Part shown: in pieces, positions 1 to 14,238 of the stretch
How positions within the stretch are numbered: position 1 is the stretch's first letter
Layout: each line of letters begins with the position of its first letter
Assembly (NCBI RefSeq): GCF_009914755.1
Contig: NC_060929.1
Reading direction: 5' to 3' (one strand)
DNA length: 64,000 bases
DNA from: the human T2T-CHM13v2.0 reference genome, Homo sapiens
Made by a program: the position numbers and the translations under genes
The notes under the pieces: generated by a model
The model's database searches: none
What the model was told of the DNA's origin: nothing
Seen by the model: only the letters and a program-made list of their open reading frames with translations

Positions 1-1086
1 GGATGTGAATACCACGTGAAATGTGACATTTTCTTATCCTGCAATACCTACTTGAAAATGAATAAGTGCTAAATTTTGTTTTGCCTAGGAATTAAATGCT
101 AATAACCTGTCTGTCTTGATGCAGACTCCAGACAAGATTCTAATATGACAAATCCAGGAGTTAATTCATCCTGTTATCTACATTCCTGAAACTAAACTAC
201 AACACGGATCTTTTGTTATATAATTTACATCGAGTCCCTAAAAGATATATGAATTGAACAAGATGATTTTATATGTATATTACTTAAGATTTGCAATTCT
301 GCTCAGGAGAGTCTATTAACTCGTGTATGGCCCAGCAGTTTTTTTAAACAAAAGGAAAGAAAAAGAAAAATGAGCCCAAGGCTATCAAATTATCATTTGA
401 TCATTCCAAGTGAGATTATTTCCTTCTGATCCCGACTCAGGTTTCTTCTTTATATTAAATTGAACAAAATGAAATACAATGATACAACTACAACTTTAGC
501 ACAAGTAAATATATACATATTTTTTCCAGAGTTTATTTTTAGTTGAACTCAACCCTACAAGTCTTGGGAATCAGAAAACAAACAAGTCATTCATAGATGC
601 TTCTCTCAAAAACTTAAAATATAATTGAGAAACCCACACCCAGTTGTGATTTTAAAAAGCTGAATATGAGAAGAGTAAATGTATAGAGAGCTTTGGTAGC
701 ACAAATGAGAACATTACTTCAAATGGAGAATATTATACATGAATCATTGATTCACAGAATGAGTGGGTCCCTGAGCAGGAAATAGAAGGAAGGCTAAAGA
801 ATTATGACGCATAAATGTAGAAGAGGGAAAAGCTGAGGAAAAGCACAGTATGAACACAAACACGTCAGGTGGATTTGGGAACAAATTATATTACCTCATT
901 AGCTTAAACATAAAGTAGATCAAATAGAGTAGGAGACACGTATGGAAGTGCTACCACTGGCAGAAAAACCTATCCTTCCTCCTCCTTCTTTACCTGACAC
1001 AACCTTCTCTTCCATTCTCTAGCTCCTTCAGTGAACAGTCCTATTTGCCCCTCAACATCCAGGCACCTGAAGCTGCAACAAGAGTA

Positions 1087-1951
<865 letters not shown>

Positions 1952-2553
1952 TGCAAACTAAGCTCTGTGTTCATACTGAGTGTCCAGAGTCTAAGCTGGC
2001 CAGGGAGTCATTGTTATCACAGACCCATTTCAGCACTTTGGAGCTTCCAAGCAGAGCAGTGCCAGGGTATAGACCACCTGGATTTAGAGCACTTGGATTT
2101 GAATTCAAGCTTGCTATGTTAGTAACCATGTCACTTTGAGTAATTTACTTGACACCTCTGATCCTAAACTTCCTGATCTAAATAATCTACATAATCGGAA
2201 TAACAACTGTGTAACAGATGATAAATTTAAATAGTCAGTTTAAATGCACATTAATTATATGTAAATTAATATATAATGTTCACACATTGATAACATGTAC
2301 AATATTATATACTCAAAGTATATGTATCACATGGAGATTCCAGGCTTGTTGATTCTGTTGCTTGCTATTCAGAACATTAATTTTTTTTTAAGTTTTTGGC
2401 TTCCTTAGGAAAAAAGCATATGATCTTTGTTATCTGCAGGCTTCTGAGGGCCCTAAATAATTTTATTGTCTCTCAAGGATTTATATTGATTTAAACTAAA
2501 GTATATGATCCACATACTTTGAGTATATAGTAGATAAAAACAGAGCTAAATAG

Positions 2554-2799
2554 TTTGTTTTTTTTTTTTTTTTTTTTTTTTTTGAGACAGAGTCTCACTC
2601 TGTCACCCAGGCTGGAGTGCAGTGGTACAATATCGGTTCATGGCAACCTGACCTCCTGGGTTCAAGCGATTCTCCTGCCTCAGCCTCCCAAGTAGCCGGA
2701 ATTACAGGGGCCAGCCACCACTCCTGGCTATGTTTTGTATTTTTTAGTAGAGACGGGGTTTCACCATGTTGGCCAGGCTAGTCTTGAACTCCCGACCTG
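2554..2799 (-). mobile_element. AluS-type SINE, 5'-truncated
   Basis: Poly(T) then GAGACAGAGTCTCACTCTGTCACCCAGGCTGG; similarity stops after GAACTCCCGACCT; no clear TSD. Confidence 0.93.
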
Positions 2800-2958
2800 A
2801 ACACAAAGATCAAAACCAGTATCCTTTACAAGGATGTAGGAGACAACATTAAGGCTTTGCTATTGGATTGGTATTGCCTGATCTCTTATTTTGAGAAATA
2901 ATTATATTTCTCAAAAATATAATAAATAGAAACAAATCATGTAATGCATGTTGAAACC

Positions 2959-3467
2959 TGTTTTAGTTTCCTATTGCTGCTGTAACAAATTATCAGAAAC
3001 TTGGTGGCTTAAAACAACAACTCTCTTACAGTTCTGGAAGTTAAAAGTCTGAAATAAGTGTTATGAGCTAAAATCAAAGTGTGGGCGGTCCTGGCAGTAC
3101 TTCATTCCTTATGGAGGTTCTACAGAAAAAAAAAAAAAAAATTTTCCCACTGTATAAGCCAGCTGCATTCCATGGCTCGTGGCCCCTTGCTCTATCTTCC
3201 AATTGTAACACTCCATCTTCTACTTCCATCATCATCTTCTTTCTCTAACTTTGACTTTTACCTTTCAAGAGCCCTTGAAAGAACTTCTCTTTCAAGAACT
3301 CTTGTGGTTACATTGGGCCTACCTGGAAATTTCAGGATAAGCTTCCCATCTAAAGATCTTTTACTTTATCACAGGAGTAAAATCCCTTTTGCCATGTAAG
3401 ATAACATATCCATAGGTTCTGAGATTAAGATGCTGATATCTTTGTAGCTCATTATTCTGTCTACCCA
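2959..3467 (-). mobile_element. MaLR LTR (MLT1D-like)
   Basis: TGTTTTAGTTTCCTATTGCTGCTGTAACAAATTATCAGAAACTTGGTGGCTTAAAACAAC ... ATTATTCTGTCTACC, typical MLT1 termini in reverse orientation. Confidence 0.8.
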
Positions 3468-4443
3468 AAACCCACAGCGAGTTTTGTTATGAAATAAAAA
3501 CCTCTACATAGATAAAAAGCATTTTTACAATTTTGTTGTTTCAAATATCAGATTTACCTGTGGTAAAAAGAATGATTTGATCATAAAAATCACAGGGATT
3601 TTAAAAGATATTGCCATTGGAAACTCAAATTGTATTTATATAGGATATATTAATTCAGATAATTATTTTGAGCATCATAAAGCAAGTCTAATTATCTCTC
3701 TCTTAAAAATCAAATCAGCATTCTGTTTCTATAATCTCACCTATATTGCTGCTACCCTTTAAAAACAAAACAATAAGAACAAATCTCCTTTTAAACTTTA
3801 AGTATTATTTTATTGGCTACAGCTAACTTTATATTTTAATCAGGAATAATAGTGATGGTATTCAACATTTTGTGCTTATAGTATATTGCTATACTTAAAA
3901 TGGCATTAAAATATTCTAACTTAATATTTCTACCATAGTTATTTTACACATTACCTTAAAGTTCATTTGCTGTAATGCATGCATAATACCTCATAATCAT
4001 TTGTGCAAATGCCATTTAATTGATTCAATTAAAATAATTATAAGCCAACTGATAAAAAATATTTGCATCTTAAGATGGAATTTTCAATTTGTGATTATGA
4101 AATAATAATATTTCTAGGTGAGGAGATAGAAACTTTTCACATCGTATTTAGTGATATGCATGCATTATAATTATATTTGTACTCGGTAATCAGATAATTT
4201 TTAGAGCTGTATCTGATTTTTTAAATTTCAAATAATTTCTTATGTAATATGTTGTCATTCAAAAATCCTGTTATAATTCATTTTGAAATCAAATGCCATT
4301 ATTATTAATGGTGATTCAGAGATAATCAACTAAAAAAATGGAGGCTTTGTCTACACATAATAAAAGTACTCTGATTAAGGAAAGACTACCCTAGGTTACC
4401 AAGTCTATACTCTGTTTAAAATCCTGCACAGGTTTTCCACAAA

Positions 4444-4613
4444 GCCGTGATTCTTCACAATGGCCACATAATAAAATCTTCTAGTATCTTTTCAAATTAC
4501 CATTTCCTGGGCATTAGTGAGATTATCTGGGTGGCGGGGGAGGCTCTTGGTATCACTGTTTTGTTAAAAACTCACCAAATAATTTTATGTGCAATCCAGG
4601 TTGAGAATGATTG
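4444..4613. mobile_element. MER5-like hAT-Charlie MITE remnant
   Basis: Degenerate termini GTGATTCTTCA ... CAGGTTGAGAATGATTG resembling the MER5 terminal inverted repeats. Confidence 0.55.
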
Positions 4614-5291
4614 CCATGAGCAAATAATGATAAATGACAACCTGCAACTGCACTGCTTAGTCATCTGTAGTTACCTACACTTAGGAACTGAGTGTCCATC
4701 CAATTCATTGATGATCGTTCATAATACACAAATTCTCTATAATTTTATATATGTACAGTAAATAATTTATATATATTTAAATTTACATATACACATGGTG
4801 AATTCATATATATATAGATACACTGTAAATGTATAACCAATACTGAAAATGATTTTCTTTTTTTCTCCCAGCCAATTGTTTTTAATTATCACCATTCTTC
4901 AAATTACATTACATTTTTAGACCTAGGTAAATAGAGTCAAATCCAAATCAATTAATGACAAAGAAATATTTCCTAAATTCATGTTCTCCATGATAATCAC
5001 TATTGTCTGAATTTCTATCAAATGGTAAATGTCCTAAAAATAGAAATTTAAGAATTTTTATGTATTTATTTATACATGTGGGAAAGGAGTTGCCATTGAA
5101 TGGACAACCACTGCTATGTACCCAGAACTATGATAATTACTTTGACTAATTTAATTTTTTAAATGACCCCTTTGAGGTAATATATTACTGTTTGTGTTCT
5201 TTATAAAATAAATTTATTTTGACAAAATTAATAAATGATGATTTTCATTGAAATAATATGAATAATTTCTGGTGACTCTGTTTCATTCAGT

Positions 5292-5317
5292 CACACACAC
5301 ACACACACACACACACA
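5292..5317. repeat. (CA)n microsatellite
   Basis: Direct observation. Confidence 0.95.
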
Positions 5318-5329
5318 TTTCTCTATAGA

Positions 5330-7290
5330 AAATATACAGCATTATTTTGTGTTTTTTGTTTGACTTGTTTTGTATAAGAGTCATTATGTTAATGTTGACT
5401 TTCAAGGATTTTCATTATTCTTTTTTGTTTGTGCATTGCAATCCACAGACTGGATAAAGTATAATTATTTAGCTATCCCCATATTGATATATTTAAGATG
5501 TTTTCATTTTTTTGTTATGAACCTCATTCTTGTGGAAATAATACTGCAATGAACATCCTTCCTGTGGAAATTGGTGGGTATTCCTGTAAAATAGATGCTA
5601 AGAAGTGAAACTGCTGTATCATGGAATGTGTGTACTTTTGGATTTAAAGAGATAATGATGAATTGCCTTACATATGACTGTGGAATTTTACATGATAACC
5701 ATCAGTGAATACTCTTTTTACCATTTCTTTGCCAGATCTTGCTATCATCAAGCTTCCATTTCTGCTATTCTAACGTGTAAAAAATTAATATCTCACTTGT
5801 TATAGTTTGTATGTTCTTAATTATTAGTGAGATTGAACATCCTTGTATATACTTATTGGCCATTTCTCTTTCCTTTTCTATGAGTTACCCAGTTATATCA
5901 TCTATTTATTTTCTATTCGAGTACTAATCATTTCTTTGTAATTAATTTTTTAAATTGTGATATTATTTTTTGTGTATATTTTCTTCCAGTAAGTCATCTG
6001 TATTTTGGTATCATTTATGTACTATTCCTGATAAATGTTTTAAAATTTTATATCGACCTATGTATCATTTATTTTCTTTTGTTATTATGTCTTTTATTAT
6101 TTATGTTAACATAGGCTTTTGTATTTTATATCTTGTTTAAACAGAGCCTTCCTTTACTCCCAAATTCATAAACACTATAATTCTTTCTAATACTTTATGG
6201 GTTTTTTAATGTTTAGGTTTATAATTCATTTGAAAATTATTTCATGAATGGTGTGAAATAGGAGTTTCTTTTAATTATGTGGAGTAAATTATACAAATGC
6301 AGTATGATTATGTAAGTATGCATCTATTGAATAAATCACTTTCTCCACAGATCTGAGACACCATATTTATTATAAACTTTTATAACATGATTTTGTATAT
6401 GAACATCATCTGCTCTATTGGTACAGTATTTGTTCTTGTACTCATACTGTATGATTTTAAGGAATGATATCTTTATAAAATCTTAACCAATGATAGGATA
6501 ATTCCTACTCCCTGGTTCTTTTTTAGGACAATCTTGGCTATTGAGTCTTTTCTATATGGATTTAAGATAGATTATCTGGTCAAGTTCTACCAAAAACTTG
6601 TTAGAATTTTGATTGGAGCTTAATTTGATTTACAAACTAAGTATTGTCTTCTTGAGTATATTGTATCCTCCCTTATATGGATAAGGTATATCTCCCTATT
6701 TATATAGATTCTTTTTATCCCATTAATAAATTTGTAATTTTTAAATATATCTCACACCCCTTTTTAAAGGGTTATTTCTAGGAAGTCTGTAATTTGTGGT
6801 GTTATAATGAAGCAATATTTATTTCATCTTATTATTATTTGGGGAATATATTTCTTCAGTGAGGAACTAGTGAGTTTCATCTGCTCATTACCCTATATCA
6901 AACAGAATTGATCATAGATTGAGTTGTCATTCATTCCGGTCTTTAAAACCAGCAAGCTCTGTGAGGACTGATAGTACTAAAGTTGGAACTCTTGCCAGTT
7001 AAATCTCTTGGGCTTCTAAATATCATGTTCAGAAATAATATTGCCTGAAAACATTGTTTGTCCTTTCTTCCTTTCTCATATTTCTAACTCATCTATCTTT
7101 GTTGACTTGATGTATTTACTAGAAGCCTCAGAAAATGTTAAATACTAAGGGTTTTAGTGGAGATTTTAATTTTCCTCTAATATCAATAGGCATGCTTTTA
7201 CTCTCTAACTATTAAATAAAACTTTACTGAAAATTCCTTCCCTAGGCTAAGGAAATTATATCTTGAAATAATTTTTAAAATTTGGAGTTT
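5330..7290 (-). mobile_element. Ancient L1M (L1ME-like) fragment
   Basis: T-rich with antisense L1 motifs such as GCAATGAACATCCTT, GTGAGATTGAACAT..TTATTGGCCATTT and AGAATTTTGATTGGA; boundaries approximate. Confidence 0.7.
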
Positions 7291-9064
7291 TGTAATAATA
7301 AAATGTATTTCACCTATTTTTAACAGGACAAACTACTACCAGATGTATGTATTAATAAAACACTAATAGGTTTTTCAGAAATCTTTCTAAATAATTATGA
7401 TAGTAATAGCAGTTACAAATGTCTGTGTGCCTCATTTATGGATAATACAATAGATGTTTTATGGATAATAAATACAATAGATGTTTTTTATACACTTGTT
7501 TGATGACAGTACAATATTTCAGTAGTCCTTCTTAGATTATAAAATTTAAATACTATGCCCAAATTCACTCAGCTAAAAAATAGAGCTGAGACTTGGACTC
7601 AGATCTGAGTGATTACATCTGCCACCACACTGACATTGTAATCTGAATAGAAGTTAGTTTCATAATAAGCACCAGAATTAAAATATGCATGGTAATATTT
7701 AATATTTAAATGTCAGTACCATTGTTTATAAAATGCTTCTAACAACATCCATATGAGTAGGACACTTCTACATCAACTCAATCTGGCCCTTGAGTTGCTT
7801 CTTGTACCTTAAATTTCAAAGAGGCATTGAAAGAAAATGTGAAAACATTACAATATTTCAGAGAAAGGAACCATGGTTCAGTTTCTTTGTACAGTTTTAA
7901 AATGTGAAAATATTAAAATACTGCCTATTTTAATTTTTTATATTTTATCTATCTTATTAAATGTGAAAATATTAAAATAAGTCAGAGACAGCAACTGTGT
8001 CTCAGTTTCTTTGCACTGTTATTCATAACCTTTTGCCCTGCTGACACTCAGCCCACATTAGCAACTAAATAACTAACCTTGATTTGGTTTTTATTATATA
8101 GTTCAACCCCTCAGTATCACCAGGGAAACAAAATGGAACAAGTCATATTCATATGACAATGACTCAATACACGAGGAATTATACTCTTTGGGTTTTTAGT
8201 TACAAGATACATTTATGAAAATATCTTGTTCTTAATTCTGAAGAGCCTACTCCTGTTTCACTTTGTTGCATCTCCCGAAGTTTCCAGAACACCTATATTA
8301 CTTTACCCTTGAAGCTGGGACAGAATTGTGAATTGGACACATTTTCTTCTTAAGGATTTGTGTTTCCTCCAGGATAAAATGTGTTGAGTGTGTTTTTAAA
8401 ATGCTACTTGACAGCTAGAAGTGAAAAATAGTGTAAATTCTGACCTTGAAGTTTTTCTATACACTTTCTTGCAACTGGATAAAGTACTTAGTTTATTCCA
8501 TATGGAGTTTTCCATCTTGTTTCATATAACACAGCCTCAGTCAAAATTGTCTGTACATTAACTATATCACATTACAATGTTTGTTAACCTGACATTCAGT
8601 ATTATAAAATGGAACACATTGAAATTTCTTAAAAGCCAATCTCAAAGTTTTATTGAATTTAAAATGCTATGTGTAGTACTTCTAAAATAAAAATGAATTA
8701 TCCCATTTAATTTTAGAAATCATTTCTGTACTTAATTCCTAGACATTAACCGCTTCAGGAATATTTTAAGCATACTGGAAAAGGGCTCAGATTTAAGTAC
8801 ATAAAAATATGGGAGGAATATATTTGTGGCCAATTTTAACCCTGACTTATGTGAATATACTTGCTAGATATTAACTATTGCAGGTACAGCATAAGATTTA
8901 TTGAAAAAGATGCATGAAGGCCAAAAAAGAAAGATCATGTTAAATAGATAGCAAATTAACCAGAGATCTGGTTTGTAGATTATAAGACAAGCTAAGTTTT
9001 TGTGAAATTACTTATAAAAATGAACTTAAGACAATGTTATATAGTGGTACAAATTGGCTAGCAA

Positions 9065-9285
9065 ATAATAATAACAGCCTCTTCTAAAATTTTTACTGAG
9101 TTAAGCCTCTTTCTAAGCTCTTTCCATTTAATAACTCATTTAAACTTTCCAGTAATCCTATGAAGAATTTACAGACAGAATTCCAGTTTTTCCAATAAGC
9201 AAATAGAGGCTTAGTGAAATTAATGAACTAGTAAGTAGTACACCAAGATTTTAAATCCAGGCAATCTAGTCCAAGAATCTGTGAC
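9065..9285 (-). mobile_element. MIR SINE remnant
   Basis: TAACTCATTTAA..AATCCTATGAAG..AAATAGAGGCTTAG..TTTAAATCCAGGCAATCT, MIR core. Confidence 0.6.
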
Positions 9286-9551
9286 CTGATATGCCAATGA
9301 TTCAAAGTACAGTAATAATAAAATCAAATGATTATTAGAAAAAATGTTTTTGTTAATATTCTATTTGTCTTTTTGTAATGATACAAGAAAAAATGAATTT
9401 AATATATACATATTTGCAAGAGCTATATTGGTCATTGACAACTGTAAAAAAAAGAATTCAATAAAATTATAAAAATGACTCTGATGACCAAAGAAGCAAT
9501 TTTGAAATTTCAAGACCTAATTCCAACAATGCATATAGGCATGTCTCTGGC

Positions 9552-9584
<33 letters not shown>

Positions 9585-9667
9585 AGAAAAGACTTTCTGT
9601 CAAATAGAATCTCTATATTTCATCTCATATTCTTTCCCTCTCCACATGTTTCTCCAAGTCAAAGCCT

Positions 9668-10130
9668 GTGAGCCACATGAGTTCTTGGTTGCAGTAATAG
9701 AATCAAGGCTGGCTAACTGAACCATCAAAGGAATTTATTGGCAGAATCTTGGGCAATCACAGATCAATTGGGAAGACTGGAGAACCAAGCTCAGAAAATG
9801 AGCAGAAGTCATGGGAAACTGGATGCCAAAAACATAACTAATACATTCTGGAGGATTAGTGTGTTCAGACACTGCTATAGTGCATGCCTAACCTTAACAT
9901 CACCACTGCTTCCAGGAATATTCTTCCCTGTCCTAGTGGTGTTAGTCACTTTCTCCAGACTCAAAGTCCTGTGCGTGATTAGTGAACCTGGCTAATCTAT
10001 CTGCATCTTAGCCATCAAACAGAAGAAAATGGAAGACAAGATTCTTCTTCCCTTCAAGACTTATACTATAGGAACCCCTTTCCCCAATGAGAAAAACAAT
10101 TATGCTAGGTAGTCAAGAAATAATATGTTA
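9668..10130 (-). mobile_element. Old MaLR LTR (MLT1N2/M-like)
   Basis: GTTCTTGGTTGCAGTAATAGAATCAAGGCTGGCTAACT..GGAATTTATTGG..GGAAGACTGGAGAACCAAGCTCAGAAAA. Confidence 0.6.
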
Positions 10131-10269
10131 TTATATGGTCAGAATCTTTACTTTCCAGTATTCAAATACATCTGTCTTGGACCCACGCCATTTGTAATAT
10201 TCTATAGCAGAGAAATTGTTAGGAAGTTGTAGATCATAATTAAATCAGCTACTTCACCAATGAATTGAT

Positions 10270-10510
10270 TTATTAAATACTTTTTAATATTTACTATGAG
10301 CCAGACACTGTTGTGAGTCTTGAAGAAATATTAACTGATTCAATATTCACAAAATCTCTGATGTAGGTACAATAATTAACCCTGATTTCACTCATGAAGG
10401 AACTGAGATACTGTTATGTAATTTACAAAGGTCACCCTCTAGAAATCACAGAGATGATATTTGACCAGTGCAGTTAGGTTTCACAGTCTATGCTTTTAAC
10501 TATTATTCTA
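10270..10510 (-). mobile_element. MIR SINE remnant
   Basis: TTTACTATGAGCCAGACACTG..GAAGGAACTGAG..AAGGTCAC..TGCTTTTAACTATTAT. Confidence 0.65.
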
Positions 10511-10973
10511 TGCTGCCTCTCCCTGCAAGCCATGGTCTTCCATATGAAAATTCCTTGATACTAACAGCATTTTTATTATTTTAATCCCCAAGTAGGACAG
10601 ATAACCAACTGAAGATTCATCATTCCATAAAAGCACATTATCTGAAACCCCAATAATTTTTTTTAACCAGGTATAGTCTATAGCAAGCACTATCACTGCT
10701 CCATCAAGAAACCGTCTCTGTCTCTAGTCATTTCTGTGCATCCTTCTTTTTCTCCTCTGGAATCTCTGTGCTTTTGCCTATAGCCTGCACCTGCACTTCT
10801 CCCTGAGGATTGCCATTGGACTGCTGAAACTGTTTTGTTTAAATAAGCAGACATACAGAAGTGCCCTTGAGATTTATACACCCCTGAAGTGGGCCTTTTT
10901 CAATAACTGATTCACACAGAAGTAGGAAGCCCAGCACCATTGCCTTGAAGAGGACAATCTCTAAGGTGTAACT

Positions 10974-12100
10974 TAAAAACCCTAGAAGAAAACCTAGGCA
11001 ATACCATTCGGGACATAGGCATGGGCAAGGACTTCATGTCTAAAACACCAAAAGCAGTGGCAACAAAAGCCAAAATTGACAAATGGGATCTAATTAAACT
11101 AAAGAGCTTCTGCGCAGCAAAAGAAACTACCATCAGAGTGAACAGGCAACCTACAAAATGGGAGAAAATTTTTGCAATCTACTCATCTGACAAAGGGCTA
11201 ATATCCAGAATCTACAATGAACTCAAACAAATTTACAAGAAAAAAACAAACAACCCCATCAAAAAGTGGGCGAAGGATATGAACAGACACTTCTCAAAAG
11301 AAGACATTTATGCAGCCAAAAGACACATGAAAAAATGCTCATCATCAGTGGCCGTCAGAGAAATGCAAATCAAAACCACAATCAGATACCATCTCACACC
11401 AGTTAGAATGGTGATCATTAAAAAGCCAGGAAACAACAGGTGCTGGAGAGGATGTGGAGAAATAAGAACACTTTTACACTGTTGGTGGGACTGTAAACTA
11501 GTTCAACCATTGTGGAAGTCAGTGTGGCGATTCCTCAGGGATCTAGAACTAGAAATACCATTTGACCCAGCCATCCCTTTACTGGGTATATACCCAAAGG
11601 GCTATAAAACATGCTGCTATAAAGACACATGCACACGTATGTTTATTGTGGCACTATTCACAATAGCAAAGACTTGGAACCAACCCACATGTCTAACAAT
11701 GATAGACTGGATTAAGAAAATGTGGCACATATACACCATGGAATACTATGCAGCCATAAAAAAGGATGAGTTCATGTCCTTTGTAGGGACATGGATGAAG
11801 CCGGAAACCATCATTATCAGCAAACTATCACAAGGACAAAAAACCAAACACCACATGTTCTCACTCATAGGTGGGAATTGAACAATGAGAACACATGGAC
11901 ACACACCGGGGCCTGTTGTGGGGTGGGGGGAGCCGGGAGGGATAGCATTAGGAGATACACCTAATGTTAAATGATGAGTTAATGGGTGTAGCACACCAAC
12001 ATGGCACATGTATATATATATATGTAACAAACCTGCACGTTATGCACATGTACCCTAAAACTTAAAGTATAATAAAAAAATAGAAATAAAAAAATAAAAA
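10974..12100 (+). mobile_element. 5'-truncated primate LINE-1 (L1PA4-like), 3' 1.1 kb
   Basis: ORF2 C-terminus, G-rich 3'UTR (GCATTAGGAGATACACCTAATGTTAAATGATGAGTTAATGGG), AATAAA and an A-rich tail. Confidence 0.96.
11021..11881 (+). pseudogene. L1 ORF2p C-terminal remnant (Cys-rich domain), 286 codons open
   Basis: Translation includes [18 protein letters not shown] and ends HMFSLIGGN; no endonuclease, RT or L1 promoter. Confidence 0.93.
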
Positions 12101-13444
12101 ATCCAGAGTTCCCCTCAGGAAGCAGGCTAAACTTCCCCTCCTTAAGACTTGGACTGAAATCATGTTCATGCTTGCTGTCTCCTTTCCCTGCTCTACTTGA
12201 CCCATCTTTTAAATCTTGAGAGCTATTCGTTAATAAATCTCTCACACAGAAACCCTCACCTTCTGGAGAAGCTGACCAATGACGGACCTGGAAAACACAG
12301 AGACAGTCACTGATTAACTTAAGTGCAAAAAGGATGCATTGGAGGCACGTTGGACAATTCATGAAAGTACTAGGAAGTTTAAAACTGCTGCAGAAAACTG
12401 ATAGGGAGCAACGTGTCTGGAATCCAACAACATAAGAAATTTCAAGCTATAAAATATGTAACTCTACAGTTTACACACACTGGCATCACCACTACTAAAA
12501 TCTTCTCACCACTAGTAACACTACCCCCACGAGTCATTGGCCCTGCCAATAGACTGTTAACCCTGACACTTCTAGTATAAAACTGTGCCTACCCTCTCAG
12601 AAAGAATAGGAAATGCCTGCCTGCTCCTCTTTAACAACTGGATCCATACAATGGGAAGAAAACCAAGTATTTGCTACATTCAAACCTTCCTAGGGTTTAA
12701 TTTTTAAATACTCCAATTTTCTTTTGTAATTTTAATCATTAATTTCACTTTCTAGAATGTTCTTTTTCCCTATTATCTTGCATTCTCTATATATCTAAAT
12801 CCTACCCATCTTGTATAATATAACTCAAAGGCTAGTTAGAGAACATCACATTGTCCCTGATTTACCCTGTTAAAAATTATCCCTCCATACTTTGGACACT
12901 ATTTAGTACTTTATCAATATCTTAATATTTACATCCTCTATGAGACTAAGTTCTTTCCGGGCATTTAACATGGCTTAGCAGAATATCTTGACAACAATTG
13001 GTATAATAAAATTTGTCTAATAAATTAGAGCAAGAGCTGGGGAAATATTAGGAGAGGGATTTGGTAGACTCAACAGGATTTAGCAGCTGATTAAATCTGG
13101 AAGGTGGAAGGAGAAGTTGTTACATTTGTTTTTCAGAATTCAAGCTTCAGTGTTTAAGTACAAGATGATGCCATTAGGATATTGAAAGAAAATAGAAGTA
13201 GTAGTCTTGATAACTGGAATTGGAATACATATCAACAATTTAGTTTGGGGCATACTGAGTTTGAAATTCTTAACATACTTTTAGGTTGACAAGTGTAATA
13301 TAGACTAAAAAATTGAGCCTGAGACTCAAATCAAACATCTAAAATTAAGATTTAAGTGCTTTAAGAATAGAAATAACAATAGAAAGCTCCATAAGTAGAT
13401 GAGACCACTCAGAAAGATAATTCGCAGAACAAGGAAAGAATATA

Positions 13445-14078
13445 TAGTTGACCCCTAAAAAACCTGGGGGTTGGGGGATGCTGTCCCCACATAGAGTCAA
13501 AAATCTGAATATAACTTTTGGCTCCCCTTAAATTTAACTCTTAATGGCATACTATTGACCAGGAGATTTACAAATGGCATAAACAGTTGATTAACACATA
13601 TTTTGTATCATATTCTTATGATAAAGTAAACCTGAGAAAATAAAATGTTATTAAGAAAATTATAAAAAAAGAAAAAATATATTTACTATTCACTAAGTAG
13701 AAGTGGATCATTGTAAAGGTCTTATTCCTCATCTTCTTGTTGAGTAGGCTGAGAAGGAGGAGGAGGAGCTGGTCTTGCTATCTCAAGGGTGGCAGTCGTA
13801 AAAAACAATCCGCATAGAACTGAACCAATATAGTTCAAACTCCTGTTGTTTGAGCGTCAGTGATAAAATAGACTAATATCTACATATATTTTATACACCC
13901 AGGGAATATCTATTTTTTCTTGGATTTTTTTTTCAGTATTTCTATGTTATATGGTTTATCTGCAAGTTTTTTCAACTTGTCATAAATCTCTACATATTTT
14001 TCCAATATATTTATTTCTAAAAATCCACGTAAAAGTGGACCCACACAATTCAAACCTATGTTTTTCAAGGGTCAACTG
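13445..14078 (+). mobile_element. Tigger2-family (TcMar) non-autonomous DNA transposon
   Basis: TIRs TAGTTGACCCCTAAAAAAC and GTTTTTCAAGGGTCAACTG; TA target duplication at 13443-13444 and 14079-14080. Confidence 0.88.
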
Positions 14079-14238
14079 TATTTTGATAAGAAGCCTCATA
14101 AAATGCCAACACTGGGGAAGCAAGACAAAAGGATGACAGGTAGAGGGAAAGCAGAGTAGAATTGAGATTGGGAAACCAGTGCATTTCAGAGATCAAAGAA
14201 GGACAACATCCTAGAAGAAACCATCTTTTGTGCTATCT

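Larger units (their letters stand above)
10679..12284 (+). mobile_element. ERVL LTR16-like solo LTR split by an L1 (pieces ~10679-10973 and ~12101-12284)
   Basis: Left piece ends GAAGCCCAGCACCATTGCCTTGAAGAGGACAATCTCTAAGGTGTAACTT; right piece resumes TCCAGAGTTCCCC..GGCT..TTAATAAATC..CTTCTGGAGAA, contiguous in the LTR16 consensus as I recall it. Confidence 0.65.

Noticed and set aside
70-190. Exon-like segment with an acceptor-like sequence on either strand
   Set aside because: Stops in most frames and no good donor; unsupported.
7435-7980. Short direct duplications (also near 15365, 15617 and 51433)
   Set aside because: 13-27-bp slippage duplications are ordinary in AT-rich DNA.
9552-9590. 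Orphan poly(A) tract as a possible retrocopy tail (also 26467-26482 and 47430-47453)
   Set aside because: No TSD, polyadenylation signal or recognisable body upstream.
12290-12640. Possible additional old MLT1 fragment
   Set aside because: Similarity too weak to call by eye.
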